IMG/VR virus record: IMGVR_UViG_3300030419_002087
Span: 32,001-96,000 of that record
Origin: a virus
Length of the DNA: 64,000 nucleotides
Direction: 5' to 3' (one strand)
Shown: piece by piece, positions 50,132 to 59,879 of the stretch
Layout of the letters: every line of letters begins with the position of its first letter
Numbering within the stretch: position 1 is the stretch's first letter
Made by a program: the position numbers and the translations under genes
Notes under the pieces: model-generated
What the model saw: the letters and a program-made list of their open reading frames with translations, nothing else
Database searches by the model: none
Told to the model about the DNA's origin: nothing

Positions 50132-52771
50132 ATGGCTGGTTTAGGCTTAGTATCTCCTGGCATTAAGGTAAAAGAAGTTGATCTTACTAGGGGTGGAATC
50201 ACTGGAGTCAGTGATCAGACCGGCGCTATTGCTGGCCCTTTTCTACAAGGCCCCGTAGAAGATCCTATCCTAATCGAAAATGAGAAGGATTTACTTGATA
50301 CTTTCGGAGAACCAAAGAATACAAGCTCCCAATACGAGTATTGGATGGCTGCTTCTTCATATCTTTCATATGGAGGAGTTTTAAGAGTAGTAAGATCCGA
50401 TGGATCTACTCTCAACAATGCAAACGCTGCTGTTGCTACTGGGTCTGGTAGTTCAGAAGCTGCATTAAAAATTAAGAATACGGAGGATTATTATAATTCA
50501 TTCGATAGTGCAACCAGTTGGTATTGGGCCGCTAAGAACCCAGGCACTTGGGCTAATGATATTAAGGTCTGTGTTATTGATGCAAAGGCTGACCAGACTT
50601 TAACTGGTATTGATACTTCAGGTATTGTAGTTGGTGCTGCAGTTACTCAATCATTTGGTGGATCACAAGTTGGTGGTATCGGAACATCCGTTACACTAAA
50701 CGGTTATCTTAAGGGTATCATTACTGGAATCGGTGCAAGTTCAGTTGATGTTAAGATCACAAATCAAGTTTCTACTGCTGGAACTGAAGCAACAGCTGAA
50801 TATGGAAAAGGTGGGGCTTATTCATTCGATACAGCTTCTGCAACTACCATTGCAGGTGCAACTGCTTCTGCTGAAAACGTAATAACTGCAACTAGATCTC
50901 TTAATGGTGCTGGTGCAGGTCAAATCGGTGTTGGAAGTGCTTTATACCGTTGGGATTTACAGAGTTCAACCATAACAGTTGACCAAGCTGGTGGTGCTAC
51001 TCTTGGTGCTGGTGATACTGGTGTTTATGTTTCAAGTACTAGTGGTATTAATACAATTGGTGTTGGAACTGGTAACGTCGTATTAATTGGATCAGAACTA
51101 ATTGGTATTGGTGAAACCATTGGTGGTGGATTCGTTGGATTCTCTACTAGAGGTCTTGATAACACTACTGCTGCTGCACACGCAGATGGTGCTACTATCA
51201 ACGTTCTAACAAACGCTGGTGCTGCAACAACAGTTAAGACTGCACAAAGTAGTGCTTCTGATACAAACTTCATTGTTAATTCAATTGGTGGTTTTGAGAA
51301 TAATGATTACTTTAGACTTGGAACACCAGCTGCTGGAGAACTTTGTCAGGTAACTGGAGTAAGTACAAACTCTGCTTTAACACCTTCTACTGCTATTGAT
51401 TGGTATGAGGCTCAAACATTAGGTCTTGAGAACTCAACAGTATTCTGGAAGAATATTGCACCAAAACCTGGCACATCTAACTACGCTTCAGGACGTAAGG
51501 GTAGATTTGATGAAATTAACGTAGTTGTTGTTGATGATGATGGATCTATTACTGGAACTTCTGGCCAGATCCTAGAGAAATTTGTTGGGTTATCTAAGGC
51601 ACTTGATGCAAAACAGTTTAATTCTAAGATCTACTACAAGAACTATCTTGCAGATAATTCAGAGTATATCTATGCTGGATATGCACCATTAGGTTCACCA
51701 ACTGGATTCTCTACTGGTACTACTGCATTTACTGCTTCTGCATCTGCATGGGGATTAAATGCTCAAGGAGTTACATTCTCTGGTATTGGTAAGACAACAT
51801 ACAATCTACAAGGTGGTAAGGATTACGGCGGTGATTACGCTAATCCTACATACGTCGCAACTCTCGGTGATTTAATGTCTGCTTACGATAAGTTTGCAAA
51901 CATAAGAGAGTATCCAATCAATTACTTAATTATGGGCCCAGGCCTATCATCTAGAGATGAAACTGTAGGTAAGGCCAATAAGTTAATATCACTTGCTGAA
52001 AATAGAAAGGACTGCATTGCAGTTATTTCTCCTGCTAAGTCAGACGTTTGTAGTGGAAATGCTCCAATAGCAAACTCTGATACACAGACAGATAATGTGA
52101 TCAAGACAATGGATCAGGTTAATTCCTCTTCCTATGCAGTTCTTGACTCAGGTTATAAGTATGCATTTGATCGTTTCAATAACAAATTCCGTTATCTTGC
52201 TTGCAACCCTGATGTTGCTGGTATGATGGCAAGAACATCTCAGAATTCCTATCCTTGGTTCTCACCAGCTGGAGTTGCAAGAGGTGTTGTAAATAATGCT
52301 GTTAAACTTGCATACAACCCATCACAAGCACAAAGGGATCTTCTCTATACTAGAAGAATTAATCCTATAATTGCTGCTCCTGGCGCTGGAATTATCTTGT
52401 TCGGAGATAAGACTGCTCTATCATATGTTTCTGCTTTCGATAGAATCAACGTTCGTCGTTTGTTCTTGACAATAGAAACTGCAATCGAAAGAGCCGCAAG
52501 AGCACAACTCTTCGAGTTCAACGATGCTATTACAAGAGCAAACTTTGTAAATATAACCGAACCATATTTACGTGACGTTCAGGCCAAGAGAGGTGTCAGT
52601 GAATTCCTCATCGTATGTGATGAGACCAATAACACTCCAGATGTTATTGATGCAAATGAATTCCGAGCTGATATCTTTGTCAAACCTGCTCGCTCAATCA
52701 ACTTCATCGGACTAACATTCGTTGCAACTCGCACGGGAATTAGTTTTGAAGAAGTCGTCGGTACAGTCTGA
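50132..52771 (+). CDS. gp18: tail sheath protein gp18
   Basis: SPGIKVKEVDLT, PWFSPAG, FDRINVRRLF, KPARSINFI. Confidence 0.96.
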   Translation: MAGLGLVSPGIKVKEVDLTRGGITGVSDQTGAIAGPFLQGPVEDPILIENEKDLLDTFGEPKNTSSQYEYWMAASSYLSYGGVLRVVRSDGSTLNNANAAVATGSGSSEAALKIKNTEDYYNSFDSATSWYWAAKNPGTWANDIKVCVIDAKADQTLTGIDTSGIVVGAAVTQSFGGSQVGGIGTSVTLNGYLKGIITGIGASSVDVKITNQVSTAGTEATAEYGKGGAYSFDTASATTIAGATASAENVITATRSLNGAGAGQIGVGSALYRWDLQSSTITVDQAGGATLGAGDTGVYVSSTSGINTIGVGTGNVVLIGSELIGIGETIGGGFVGFSTRGLDNTTAAAHADGATINVLTNAGAATTVKTAQSSASDTNFIVNSIGGFENNDYFRLGTPAAGELCQVTGVSTNSALTPSTAIDWYEAQTLGLENSTVFWKNIAPKPGTSNYASGRKGRFDEINVVVVDDDGSITGTSGQILEKFVGLSKALDAKQFNSKIYYKNYLADNSEYIYAGYAPLGSPTGFSTGTTAFTASASAWGLNAQGVTFSGIGKTTYNLQGGKDYGGDYANPTYVATLGDLMSAYDKFANIREYPINYLIMGPGLSSRDETVGKANKLISLAENRKDCIAVISPAKSDVCSGNAPIANSDTQTDNVIKTMDQVNSSSYAVLDSGYKYAFDRFNNKFRYLACNPDVAGMMARTSQNSYPWFSPAGVARGVVNNAVKLAYNPSQAQRDLLYTRRINPIIAAPGAGIILFGDKTALSYVSAFDRINVRRLFLTIETAIERAARAQLFEFNDAITRANFVNITEPYLRDVQAKRGVSEFLIVCDETNNTPDVIDANEFRADIFVKPARSINFIGLTFVATRTGISFEEVVGTV

Positions 52772-52807
52772 TTCGTCTTAACACTTAACAGGAGAGAGTA
52801 AAGAACA

Positions 52808-53434
52808 ATGCCTCAACAAATCCCAAATACAGGGGCTAATGCGAGAGTCCTTGATACATTCAAATCAAAGTTATTGGGCGGCGGTGTACGTCCCAATTTC
52901 TTTGAAGTGGAACTTAAGTTTCCAACTCTTGCCATTGATGATAACGATATCAGTGACAAGACTCGCTTTTTAGTCAAAGGTGCAAATTTACCTGCATCAA
53001 ACATCGCTCCAATTTCTGTTCCATTCAGAGGAAGGGAACTAAAGATTGCTGGAGAGAGAACCTTTGACACTTGGACAATTACAGCTATTAACGACACAAG
53101 TTTCTCTTTGCGTGATGCATTTGAGAAATGGATGAACTTAATAAACAAAGTTTCTGATAATGGTGGTGAAGTCGATCCGACAATCTATCAACAAGAAGCT
53201 TATGTTCATCAGTTGGGTAGAGCTCCTATCAGTAACCCTGGCGCAGAGCCTGTGGCCACTGGTAATGTAATTCCAATTTTACGTTCATATCACATGCACG
53301 GCGTATTCCCAACTCAGGTTGCTCCCATAGAACTCAGTTACGATCAAAATAACGTAATCGAAGAGTTTGCTGTTGAATTCCAAGTTCAGTGGTGGGAAGC
53401 TCTCAATGAGGCAGGAACAGTTGTTGTAGGCTGA
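52808..53434 (+). CDS. gp19: tail tube protein gp19
   Basis: GGGVRPNFFEV, LPAS, FRGRELKIAGERTFDTW. Confidence 0.95.
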   Translation: MPQQIPNTGANARVLDTFKSKLLGGGVRPNFFEVELKFPTLAIDDNDISDKTRFLVKGANLPASNIAPISVPFRGRELKIAGERTFDTWTITAINDTSFSLRDAFEKWMNLINKVSDNGGEVDPTIYQQEAYVHQLGRAPISNPGAEPVATGNVIPILRSYHMHGVFPTQVAPIELSYDQNNVIEEFAVEFQVQWWEALNEAGTVVVG

Positions 53435-53463
53435 TAAATAAGACATAGGCAACGGTTTATAAC

Positions 53464-55110
53464 ATGGCTGGTAGATTATTTGGGTTTTCAATCCAAGGAT
53501 CTGATGGCGATAATCTGCCCCCTTCAGCGGTTACTCCTGTTCCGCAGAATGAGGCAGACGCATCGGATTATTATGTGAGTAGTGGCTTTTATGGCCAATA
53601 CGTTGATATAGAAGGCGTATTCAGAAATGAATATGACCTAATAAAACGATACAGAGAGATGTCGCTTCATCCAGAGTGTGATGAGGCGATTGAAGATATT
53701 GTTAATGAAGCCATAGTTTCTGATATAAACGATAGTCCTGTTCAAATTGACTTATCGAATTTGAACGTGAGTGATCAAATGAAAAAGATCATTCGTGAAG
53801 AGTTTAAGTTTGTTAAGGATCTTTTAGATTTTGATGGTAAAGCTCATGAGTTATTCCGTAATTGGTATATTGATGGCCGTGTTTATTATCATAAAGTAAT
53901 TGATCTTAAAAAGCCAGAAGAGGGATTACAAGAACTAAGATTTATTGATGCATTAAAGATCAAATATGTTCGTAGACAAAAGAAAGAAGATAATAATCAA
54001 ATTCCTATAAAAACTCAGGATCAGAATGTATTAACTAAGAGTCCTGAGATTGAAGAGTATTTTGAATATAATCCTAACTCTGGTAAATCTGGTCAAGGTT
54101 ATCTTCCAACTCCAGCAGGTACAAAACAGGGAGCTGTTAGGATTGCAAAAGATGCAATTACATATTGTACTTCAGGACTAGTAGATCGCAATAAACATAC
54201 AACACTTTCTTGGTTGCATAAGGGTATTAAGGCACTCAATCAACTTAGAATGATTGAAGATGCACTTGTAATTTATCGTTTATCTCGTGCTCCTGAAAGA
54301 AGAATATTCTATATTGATGTTGGTAATCTACCTAAAGTAAAGGCAGAACAATATCTTAGAGAAGTGATGAATCGTTATAGATCTAAATTGGTCTATGATG
54401 CAAACACTGGTGAAGTCAGAGATGATAAGAAATTCATGTCTATGTTGGAAGATTTTTGGCTTCCACGTAGAGAAGGTGGTAGGGGAACTGAGATTACTAC
54501 ATTACCTGGCGGACAAAACTTAGGTGAAATTACAGATATACAATACTTCCAGAAAAAACTTTATAAGGCCTTAGGTGTTCCTGAGACTCGTTTAAGTGGT
54601 GAAAGTGGATTTAACTTAGGAAGATCTTCAGAAATCCTTAGAGATGAATTGAGATTTAATAAGTTTGTTGGTAGATTACGTAAGAGATTTTCAAACATGT
54701 TCTTAGACATGTTGAAGACACAATTACTTCTTAAGAATATAGTATCTGCCAAGGATTGGCCTAGTATAGCTGAACATATACAATTTGATTATATTTACGA
54801 TAATCACTTTACAGAGTTAAAAGAGGCTGAGTTGTTCCAAAATAGAATGGGTAACTTAGCTCAGGCTGAACCATATGTGGGTAAATACTTCTCACAAGAT
54901 TACTTACGTAGAGAAATACTTCGCCAGACTGATGATGAAATTGTTGAACAGAATAAGATTATGGATAAAGAGATTGAGGCTGGATTATATCCAGATCCGG
55001 CCATCGCTCAAGCATTAGAAACTGCACAGGCGGCTGCGGATATAGAAAATACTGAGGCTAATACAGCTTCTACTCTAGATCCTGAAGCACCTGAAGGTGG
55101 CGAAATATAA
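53464..55110 (+). CDS. gp20: portal protein gp20
   Basis: WYIDGR, IYRLSRAPERRIFYIDVGNLP, EDFWLPRREGGRGTEI. Confidence 0.97.
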   Translation: MAGRLFGFSIQGSDGDNLPPSAVTPVPQNEADASDYYVSSGFYGQYVDIEGVFRNEYDLIKRYREMSLHPECDEAIEDIVNEAIVSDINDSPVQIDLSNLNVSDQMKKIIREEFKFVKDLLDFDGKAHELFRNWYIDGRVYYHKVIDLKKPEEGLQELRFIDALKIKYVRRQKKEDNNQIPIKTQDQNVLTKSPEIEEYFEYNPNSGKSGQGYLPTPAGTKQGAVRIAKDAITYCTSGLVDRNKHTTLSWLHKGIKALNQLRMIEDALVIYRLSRAPERRIFYIDVGNLPKVKAEQYLREVMNRYRSKLVYDANTGEVRDDKKFMSMLEDFWLPRREGGRGTEITTLPGGQNLGEITDIQYFQKKLYKALGVPETRLSGESGFNLGRSSEILRDELRFNKFVGRLRKRFSNMFLDMLKTQLLLKNIVSAKDWPSIAEHIQFDYIYDNHFTELKEAELFQNRMGNLAQAEPYVGKYFSQDYLRREILRQTDDEIVEQNKIMDKEIEAGLYPDPAIAQALETAQAAADIENTEANTASTLDPEAPEGGEI

Positions 55111-55113
55111 ATA
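55106..55113 (+). promoter_or_regulatory. T4-type late promoter
   Basis: TATAAATA. Confidence 0.7.
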
Positions 55114-55137
55114 GATTGTAGTACATTTGTCAACATA

Positions 55138-55350
55138 ATGAATCCTGCTGAATTGATAGATAAAGTATTGGGTGATGCACCCGCTCATGAAATATCCGAT
55201 GGTATCAAAGATATTTTGATGCAGAAATCGGTTGATAGAATTGAAGCTGGTAAACCTGTTGTAGCCGACAGTATGTTTCAATCGCAATCTGAAAATGATG
55301 CTGAAAGTGAGGTAACTGAACAAGAACCTACTGAGGAACAAGATGGCTAG
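55138..55350 (+). CDS. small acidic protein at the prohead-core position
   Basis: lies between gp20 and gp21, acidic tail. Confidence 0.65.
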   Translation: MNPAELIDKVLGDAPAHEISDGIKDILMQKSVDRIEAGKPVVADSMFQSQSENDAESEVTEQEPTEEQDG

Positions 55351-55621
55351 GATTATTTTAAAGGGAAGTGAATTACGAATTGCTGCTGGCGCTGCTGCTA
55401 GTACAAATGTAGGTAATGCTACACTGGTTAGGGTAATGAATCCTACTGCTACTGCTGCAGTTATCCATGTCCAAGACCCAGCTGCATTAAACGAGTATTC
55501 GGGTATCGGTACTTATACAATAGCAGGTAGTGCAGTTGACTTTGTTGAGAAACAACCCACTTATACTATTCATAGTGAGTCAGCTGTGTACGTAACTAAA
55601 GTTGGATTTAGCGGAATCTAA
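55343..55621 (+). CDS. small hypothetical virion-type protein
   Basis: 92-aa ORF between gp20 and gp21. Confidence 0.65.
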   Translation: MARIILKGSELRIAAGAAASTNVGNATLVRVMNPTATAAVIHVQDPAALNEYSGIGTYTIAGSAVDFVEKQPTYTIHSESAVYVTKVGFSGI

Positions 55622-55622
55622 A

Positions 55623-56273
55623 ATGAAACTCATCAGAGAAGAAATTGAAAATGTAGAGGTTATCGTCGAAGAACGTGGCGGTAAGAAAAACCTTTATATT
55701 GAAGGTGTTTTCCTTCAAGGAGACATTAAAAACCGTAATGGTAGAATGTATCCAGCGATGACTCTTGCAAAAGAGGTTGCTAGATATAATGAAGCCTTTG
55801 TCGGTAAAGGTCGTGCCTTAGGTGAACTAGGTCATCCAGATGGCCCTACTGTCAATCTTGACAGAGTTTCCCATAAGATTACTTCTTTGAGACAAGAGGG
55901 TTCTAATTTTGTTGGTCGTGCTAAAATCTTAAATACACCTATGGGTGCTATCGCTAAGAATCTCCTTGATGAAGGAGTTAAACTTGGTGTTTCTTCTCGT
56001 GGTGTTGGTTCAGTTCGTACAAATAATGAAGGTGTTAACATTGTAGGTGAAGACTTCATGTTAGCAACTGCGGCTGATATAGTTGCAGATCCTTCTGCAC
56101 CTGATGCTTTCGTTGATGGCATCATGGAAGGAAAAGATTGGGTATGGGATGGTGGAGTTCTTAGAGAAAGAGCAGCTGCTAGAACTTATAAACAAATCAA
56201 TACTCTTGCAAGTTCTCGTGAGCTTCAAGAGAACAAACTAAAACTTTTCCAAAACTTTTTGGGAAGTTTATAA
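55623..56273 (+). CDS. gp21: prohead protease gp21
   Basis: MKLIREE, NRNGRMY, ALGELGHP, GVSSRG, DIVADPSAPDA. Confidence 0.96.
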   Translation: MKLIREEIENVEVIVEERGGKKNLYIEGVFLQGDIKNRNGRMYPAMTLAKEVARYNEAFVGKGRALGELGHPDGPTVNLDRVSHKITSLRQEGSNFVGRAKILNTPMGAIAKNLLDEGVKLGVSSRGVGSVRTNNEGVNIVGEDFMLATAADIVADPSAPDAFVDGIMEGKDWVWDGGVLRERAAARTYKQINTLASSRELQENKLKLFQNFLGSL

Positions 56274-56276
56274 ATC

Positions 56277-56284
56277 TATAAATA
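56277..56284 (+). promoter_or_regulatory. T4-type late promoter
   Basis: TATAAATA upstream of gp22/gp23. Confidence 0.75.
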
Positions 56285-56325
56285 AGTATAGATTAAATCT
56301 AAAAAAATCTATAGTCTAATTCGGA

Positions 56326-57420
56326 GTGGCAAAAATGTCCCGTGGTAACGATTTACAAGAAATGGAAGTAGGCACTGTTCAATCCAAGACTGCCGTAAAT
56401 GCTGGAGCTAAAGCTGGTGATCCTCAACAAGGAATTTCACCAAGCTCCACTCCTGGCCAGTCCATTGAAGATCTCGGCGGGCCCACTCCAGATAACTATA
56501 AGCCCGACAATGATTCGGCTAAGTTAAAAGTACCTGGCAAAACACTCGCACAAGTTGCGAATGTTGTTAATAAGGGTGCAAAACCAGCAGAACCAATGCA
56601 ACATCTCGACAAGAAAGCAAATTATGAGGAGACAGAAGCTGCTCCTGAAGAAGTAATTGCTGAAGAGCCAGTTGCAGAGGAGAAGGTCGAAGAGAAAGCT
56701 CCTGAGTTTAATGTCGATGAAGACATGAGTGCTCTGTTCTCTGGTGAAGAACTCAGTGAAGAGTTCCAAGAAAAAGCAAAGACAATCTTTGAAGCAGCAA
56801 TTAACTCCAAAGTTTCATCTATTGAAGAAGAGATGAAGAAGGAGAATGAGGCTAAGATTGCAGAAGAAATTGAGTCCGTTAAAACCTCTCTAATCGAGCG
56901 TGTTGATGGTTACTTGGAGTACGTCGCAGATGAGTGGCTCCAAGCTAACGAGCTCGCTATTGAGCATGGACTTAAATCAGAAATGACTGAATCATTCCTA
57001 ACTGGAATGAGAAGTCTCTTTGAAGCACATTATGTATCAATCCCTGAAGATAAATATGATGTCGTTGAGAATATGGTCAACAAACTTGATGAAATGGAGA
57101 CCAAACTTAACGAGCAGATCGAGAAGAATGTATCGCTAAACTCTAGACTCGCTGAGTCTACAGCAGATGGGATAATTTCTGAAGTGGCTGAAGGACTTGC
57201 CTTAAGTCAGAAAGAGAAGCTCCAAGAGCTCGCAAAGAGTGTTGAGTTTGAAAGTGAAGAATCATATCGTGAAAAACTGGGTACTCTAAAGGAGTCTTAC
57301 TTCAATAAGAGTGTTCAGAAAGAAACCTCAGAACAGGTACTAAACGAAGAAACAGCCGGAGCAGATTATACTGGTTCAATGGCTCGTTACATGAGTATCC
57401 TAGACAAGGTTAATAAGTGA
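56326..57420 (+). CDS. gp22: prohead scaffold protein gp22
   Basis: LSEEFQEKAKTIFEAA, VDGYLEYVADEW, acidic coiled coil, synteny. Confidence 0.92.
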   Translation: MAKMSRGNDLQEMEVGTVQSKTAVNAGAKAGDPQQGISPSSTPGQSIEDLGGPTPDNYKPDNDSAKLKVPGKTLAQVANVVNKGAKPAEPMQHLDKKANYEETEAAPEEVIAEEPVAEEKVEEKAPEFNVDEDMSALFSGEELSEEFQEKAKTIFEAAINSKVSSIEEEMKKENEAKIAEEIESVKTSLIERVDGYLEYVADEWLQANELAIEHGLKSEMTESFLTGMRSLFEAHYVSIPEDKYDVVENMVNKLDEMETKLNEQIEKNVSLNSRLAESTADGIISEVAEGLALSQKEKLQELAKSVEFESEESYREKLGTLKESYFNKSVQKETSEQVLNEETAGADYTGSMARYMSILDKVNK

Positions 57421-57480
57421 ATTTAACATTATAGGTTAAACACAACCCTACTCTTTATATCTTTTTAAAAGGAAAAGGCA

Positions 57481-58869
57481 ATGTTCCAATCAGAACAGTT
57501 GCAAGAGAAGTGGGCCCCTCTACTAAATCATGAAGGTCTTGGTGAAATTAAAGACCCTCATCGTAGAGCAGTTACCGCTTGCTTGCTAGAAAACCAAGAA
57601 AGATTCTTAGCTGAAGAGTCTTCATTCTCCAGAGGGCAATCCCTCATGGAACAACCAACAAACGCAGTTGGTTCAAACGGATTTACAGGGGATGCTACAG
57701 CAGCAGGCCCAACAGCAGGTTTTGACCCCGTATTGATCAGTCTAATTAGACGTTCAATGCCTAACTTGCTTGCATATGATCTATGCGGCGTTCAGCCAAT
57801 GAACGGCCCAACAGGTCTTATATTCGCAATGCGTTCTCGCTACGACGGACAGGCAGGAGGAGAAGCTCTATTCGATGAGCCTAACTCAGCCTTCTCTGCT
57901 GAGCGTGAAGGTAACGACGCAACAGCAGGTTGGACATCAACCAACGCTGGTTTCGGTACAACTGGTCAAATCGGTTCTAATCCTTCCGTACTTGGTGCTA
58001 CAGACGCTAACCAAGGTCTATACTCTGTTGGTCAGGGTATGCGTAAGGATGAGGCAGAAGGTCTTGGAGAATCTGGAAATGATTTCCACGAAATGGCCTT
58101 CAGCATCGAGAAAGTAACTGTTACAGCGAAATCTCGTGCGCTAAAAGCTGAGTATTCATTAGAACTTGCTCAAGACCTCAAGGCAATCCACGGATTGAAC
58201 GCTGAGTCTGAGTTAGCAAATATTCTTTCTAGTGAGATCCTCGCTGAAATAAACAGAGAAGTTATCAGAACTATCTACAAAGTTGCTGAGTCAGGTGCTC
58301 AGAACAACGTAGCAACCGCTGGTACTTTCGACTTAGACGTTGACTCCAACGGTAGATGGTCTGTTGAGAAGTTCAAAGGACTTCTATTCCAGATCGAAAG
58401 AGATGCAAACGCAGTTGCACAAAGAACTCGTCGTGGAAAGGGCAACACAATCATCACTTCTGCTGATGTTGCTTCCGCACTAACCATGGCTGGTGTACTT
58501 GACTACACCCCAGCTCTTAATGCTAACCTAAACGTTGATGACACTGGCAACACATTTGCTGGAACAATCAATGGTAAGTATCGTGTATACATCGATCCTT
58601 ATTCTGCAAACGTTGCTGCAAACCATTACTACGTAGTTGGTTACAAGGGTTCTAACCCATATGATGCAGGTTTATTCTACTGCCCATATGTACCGCTCCA
58701 GATGGTACGTGCCGTCAACGACGGAACCTTCCAGCCAAAAATCGGCTTTAAGACTCGTTACGGTATGGTTGCTAACCCATTCGCTGAGGGAACTACTCAG
58801 GGACTTGGCGCTCTTACTCAGAACGCAAACCGCTACTACAGGCGCGTTAAGGTTACAAACCTAATGTAA
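57481..58869 (+). CDS. gp23: major capsid protein gp23
   Basis: LQEKWAPLL, GVQPMNGPTGLIFAMR, KSRALKAEYSLELAQDLKAIHG, FQPKIGFKTRYG. Confidence 0.98.
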   Translation: MFQSEQLQEKWAPLLNHEGLGEIKDPHRRAVTACLLENQERFLAEESSFSRGQSLMEQPTNAVGSNGFTGDATAAGPTAGFDPVLISLIRRSMPNLLAYDLCGVQPMNGPTGLIFAMRSRYDGQAGGEALFDEPNSAFSAEREGNDATAGWTSTNAGFGTTGQIGSNPSVLGATDANQGLYSVGQGMRKDEAEGLGESGNDFHEMAFSIEKVTVTAKSRALKAEYSLELAQDLKAIHGLNAESELANILSSEILAEINREVIRTIYKVAESGAQNNVATAGTFDLDVDSNGRWSVEKFKGLLFQIERDANAVAQRTRRGKGNTIITSADVASALTMAGVLDYTPALNANLNVDDTGNTFAGTINGKYRVYIDPYSANVAANHYYVVGYKGSNPYDAGLFYCPYVPLQMVRAVNDGTFQPKIGFKTRYGMVANPFAEGTTQGLGALTQNANRYYRRVKVTNLM

Positions 58870-58898
58870 GAAAGAAGGTTATATCTTCTTACTATAAC

Positions 58899-58926
58899 AA
58901 GACCTCCTTCGGGGGGTCTTTTTTTT
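58899..58926 (+). terminator. intrinsic terminator after gp23
   Basis: AAGACCTCC-TTCG-GGGGGTCTT followed by a T run. Confidence 0.9.
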
Positions 58927-58955
58927 GTCTAAATAGATTAGTTTGTCCAAAAATA

Positions 58956-59753
58956 ATGACTGCACTGATTGACCCAAAAAAGTATAGTGAGACCGTTGAC
59001 CTATTGAGGTCATTTTTTTTGTCTAAAGGTTTCCTAGAGGTTCATACTCAAAACCGTTTAAGTATCCTTGCTGCATGTGAAGATCCAGAAACAGTAGCAA
59101 CATACAACTACGCTGGCAATATATGGCCATTACCACAGACAGGACAGATGTGGTTAGAATATGAATTACTTTCCAACCCCGAAGCAGAGGGGTTTTTCTG
59201 TGTCTCCACTTCATACAGAGCAGAACCAAATCCAGTTCCAGGCCGACATGAGATTATATTTCCCATGTTTGAGTTTGAAATGAAGGGAGGTGTAGAAGAA
59301 CTTAAGAAGATGGAAATTGAATTATGTGAACATCTTGGATTACCATTAGATACTGAAAATATTCAGACCTATGATGATTGGGGTAATCAGTTCAATGCAA
59401 AAGAACTTGACCACGATCATGAAGATAAGATTGGTACTGGTATGATTACTGATTTCCCTGAGTTCACATCACCATTCTGGAATATGGCAAGGAATGATGA
59501 TGGTACTAGTAAAAAGATTGATGTTATCCTTGGTGGTAAAGAAACAATCGGTAGTGCTGAAAGAAGTACAGACAAAAAACAGATGAGAGATACATTCTAT
59601 ACCATCTCGGATGGCCAGTATGCACAACTCATCATTGATTTGTTTGGTAAGGAAAGAGTAGAAAAAGAACTAGAAGAGTTCTTAGAGTTTGATTTCTTCC
59701 CCAGAAGTGGTGGAGGTATTGGTATGCAACGTCTAATGTCAGCCCTTTCATAG
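58956..59753 (+). CDS. class IIb aminoacyl-tRNA synthetase-like protein (Asn/Asp/Lys family), catalytic core only
   Basis: motif 1 LRSFFLSKGFLEVHT, motif 2 YRAE...RH..FPMFEFE, ETIGSAER, motif 3 RSGGGIGMQRL; no N-terminal OB-fold; CTAAATA at 58929. Confidence 0.85.
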   Translation: MTALIDPKKYSETVDLLRSFFLSKGFLEVHTQNRLSILAACEDPETVATYNYAGNIWPLPQTGQMWLEYELLSNPEAEGFFCVSTSYRAEPNPVPGRHEIIFPMFEFEMKGGVEELKKMEIELCEHLGLPLDTENIQTYDDWGNQFNAKELDHDHEDKIGTGMITDFPEFTSPFWNMARNDDGTSKKIDVILGGKETIGSAERSTDKKQMRDTFYTISDGQYAQLIIDLFGKERVEKELEEFLEFDFFPRSGGGIGMQRLMSALS

Positions 59754-59762
59754 GGCTTTCAA

Positions 59763-59847
59763 TGTGAGGTGGCGAAACGGTAAACGCTCTAGTCTGTTTA
59801 ACTAGTGTTCCTGGCGGGACTTATAGGTTCGACTCCTATCCTCACAG
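59763..59847 (+). tRNA. tRNA-Asn(GUU), atypical: long variable arm, U37, no encoded CCA
   Basis: acceptor TGTGAGG/CCTCACA + G73; D stem GCG/CGC with GG in the loop; anticodon stem CTAGT/ACTAG, loop CTGTTTA; variable arm GTTCC-TGGC-GGGAC; T arm ATAGG-TTCGACT-CCTAT. Confidence 0.88.
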
Positions 59848-59879
59848 TTTTAAAACAATATTTATGGTATAATGTATTT

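Noticed and set aside
48144-58869. Introns, inteins or homing endonucleases in gp17, gp20 or gp23
   Set aside because: The ORFs are continuous and of normal length, with no intein or endonuclease motifs seen.
59763-59847. tRNA as a suppressor or sign of genetic-code reassignment
   Set aside because: The anticodon reads GUU, and all long genes translate intact under the standard bacterial code.
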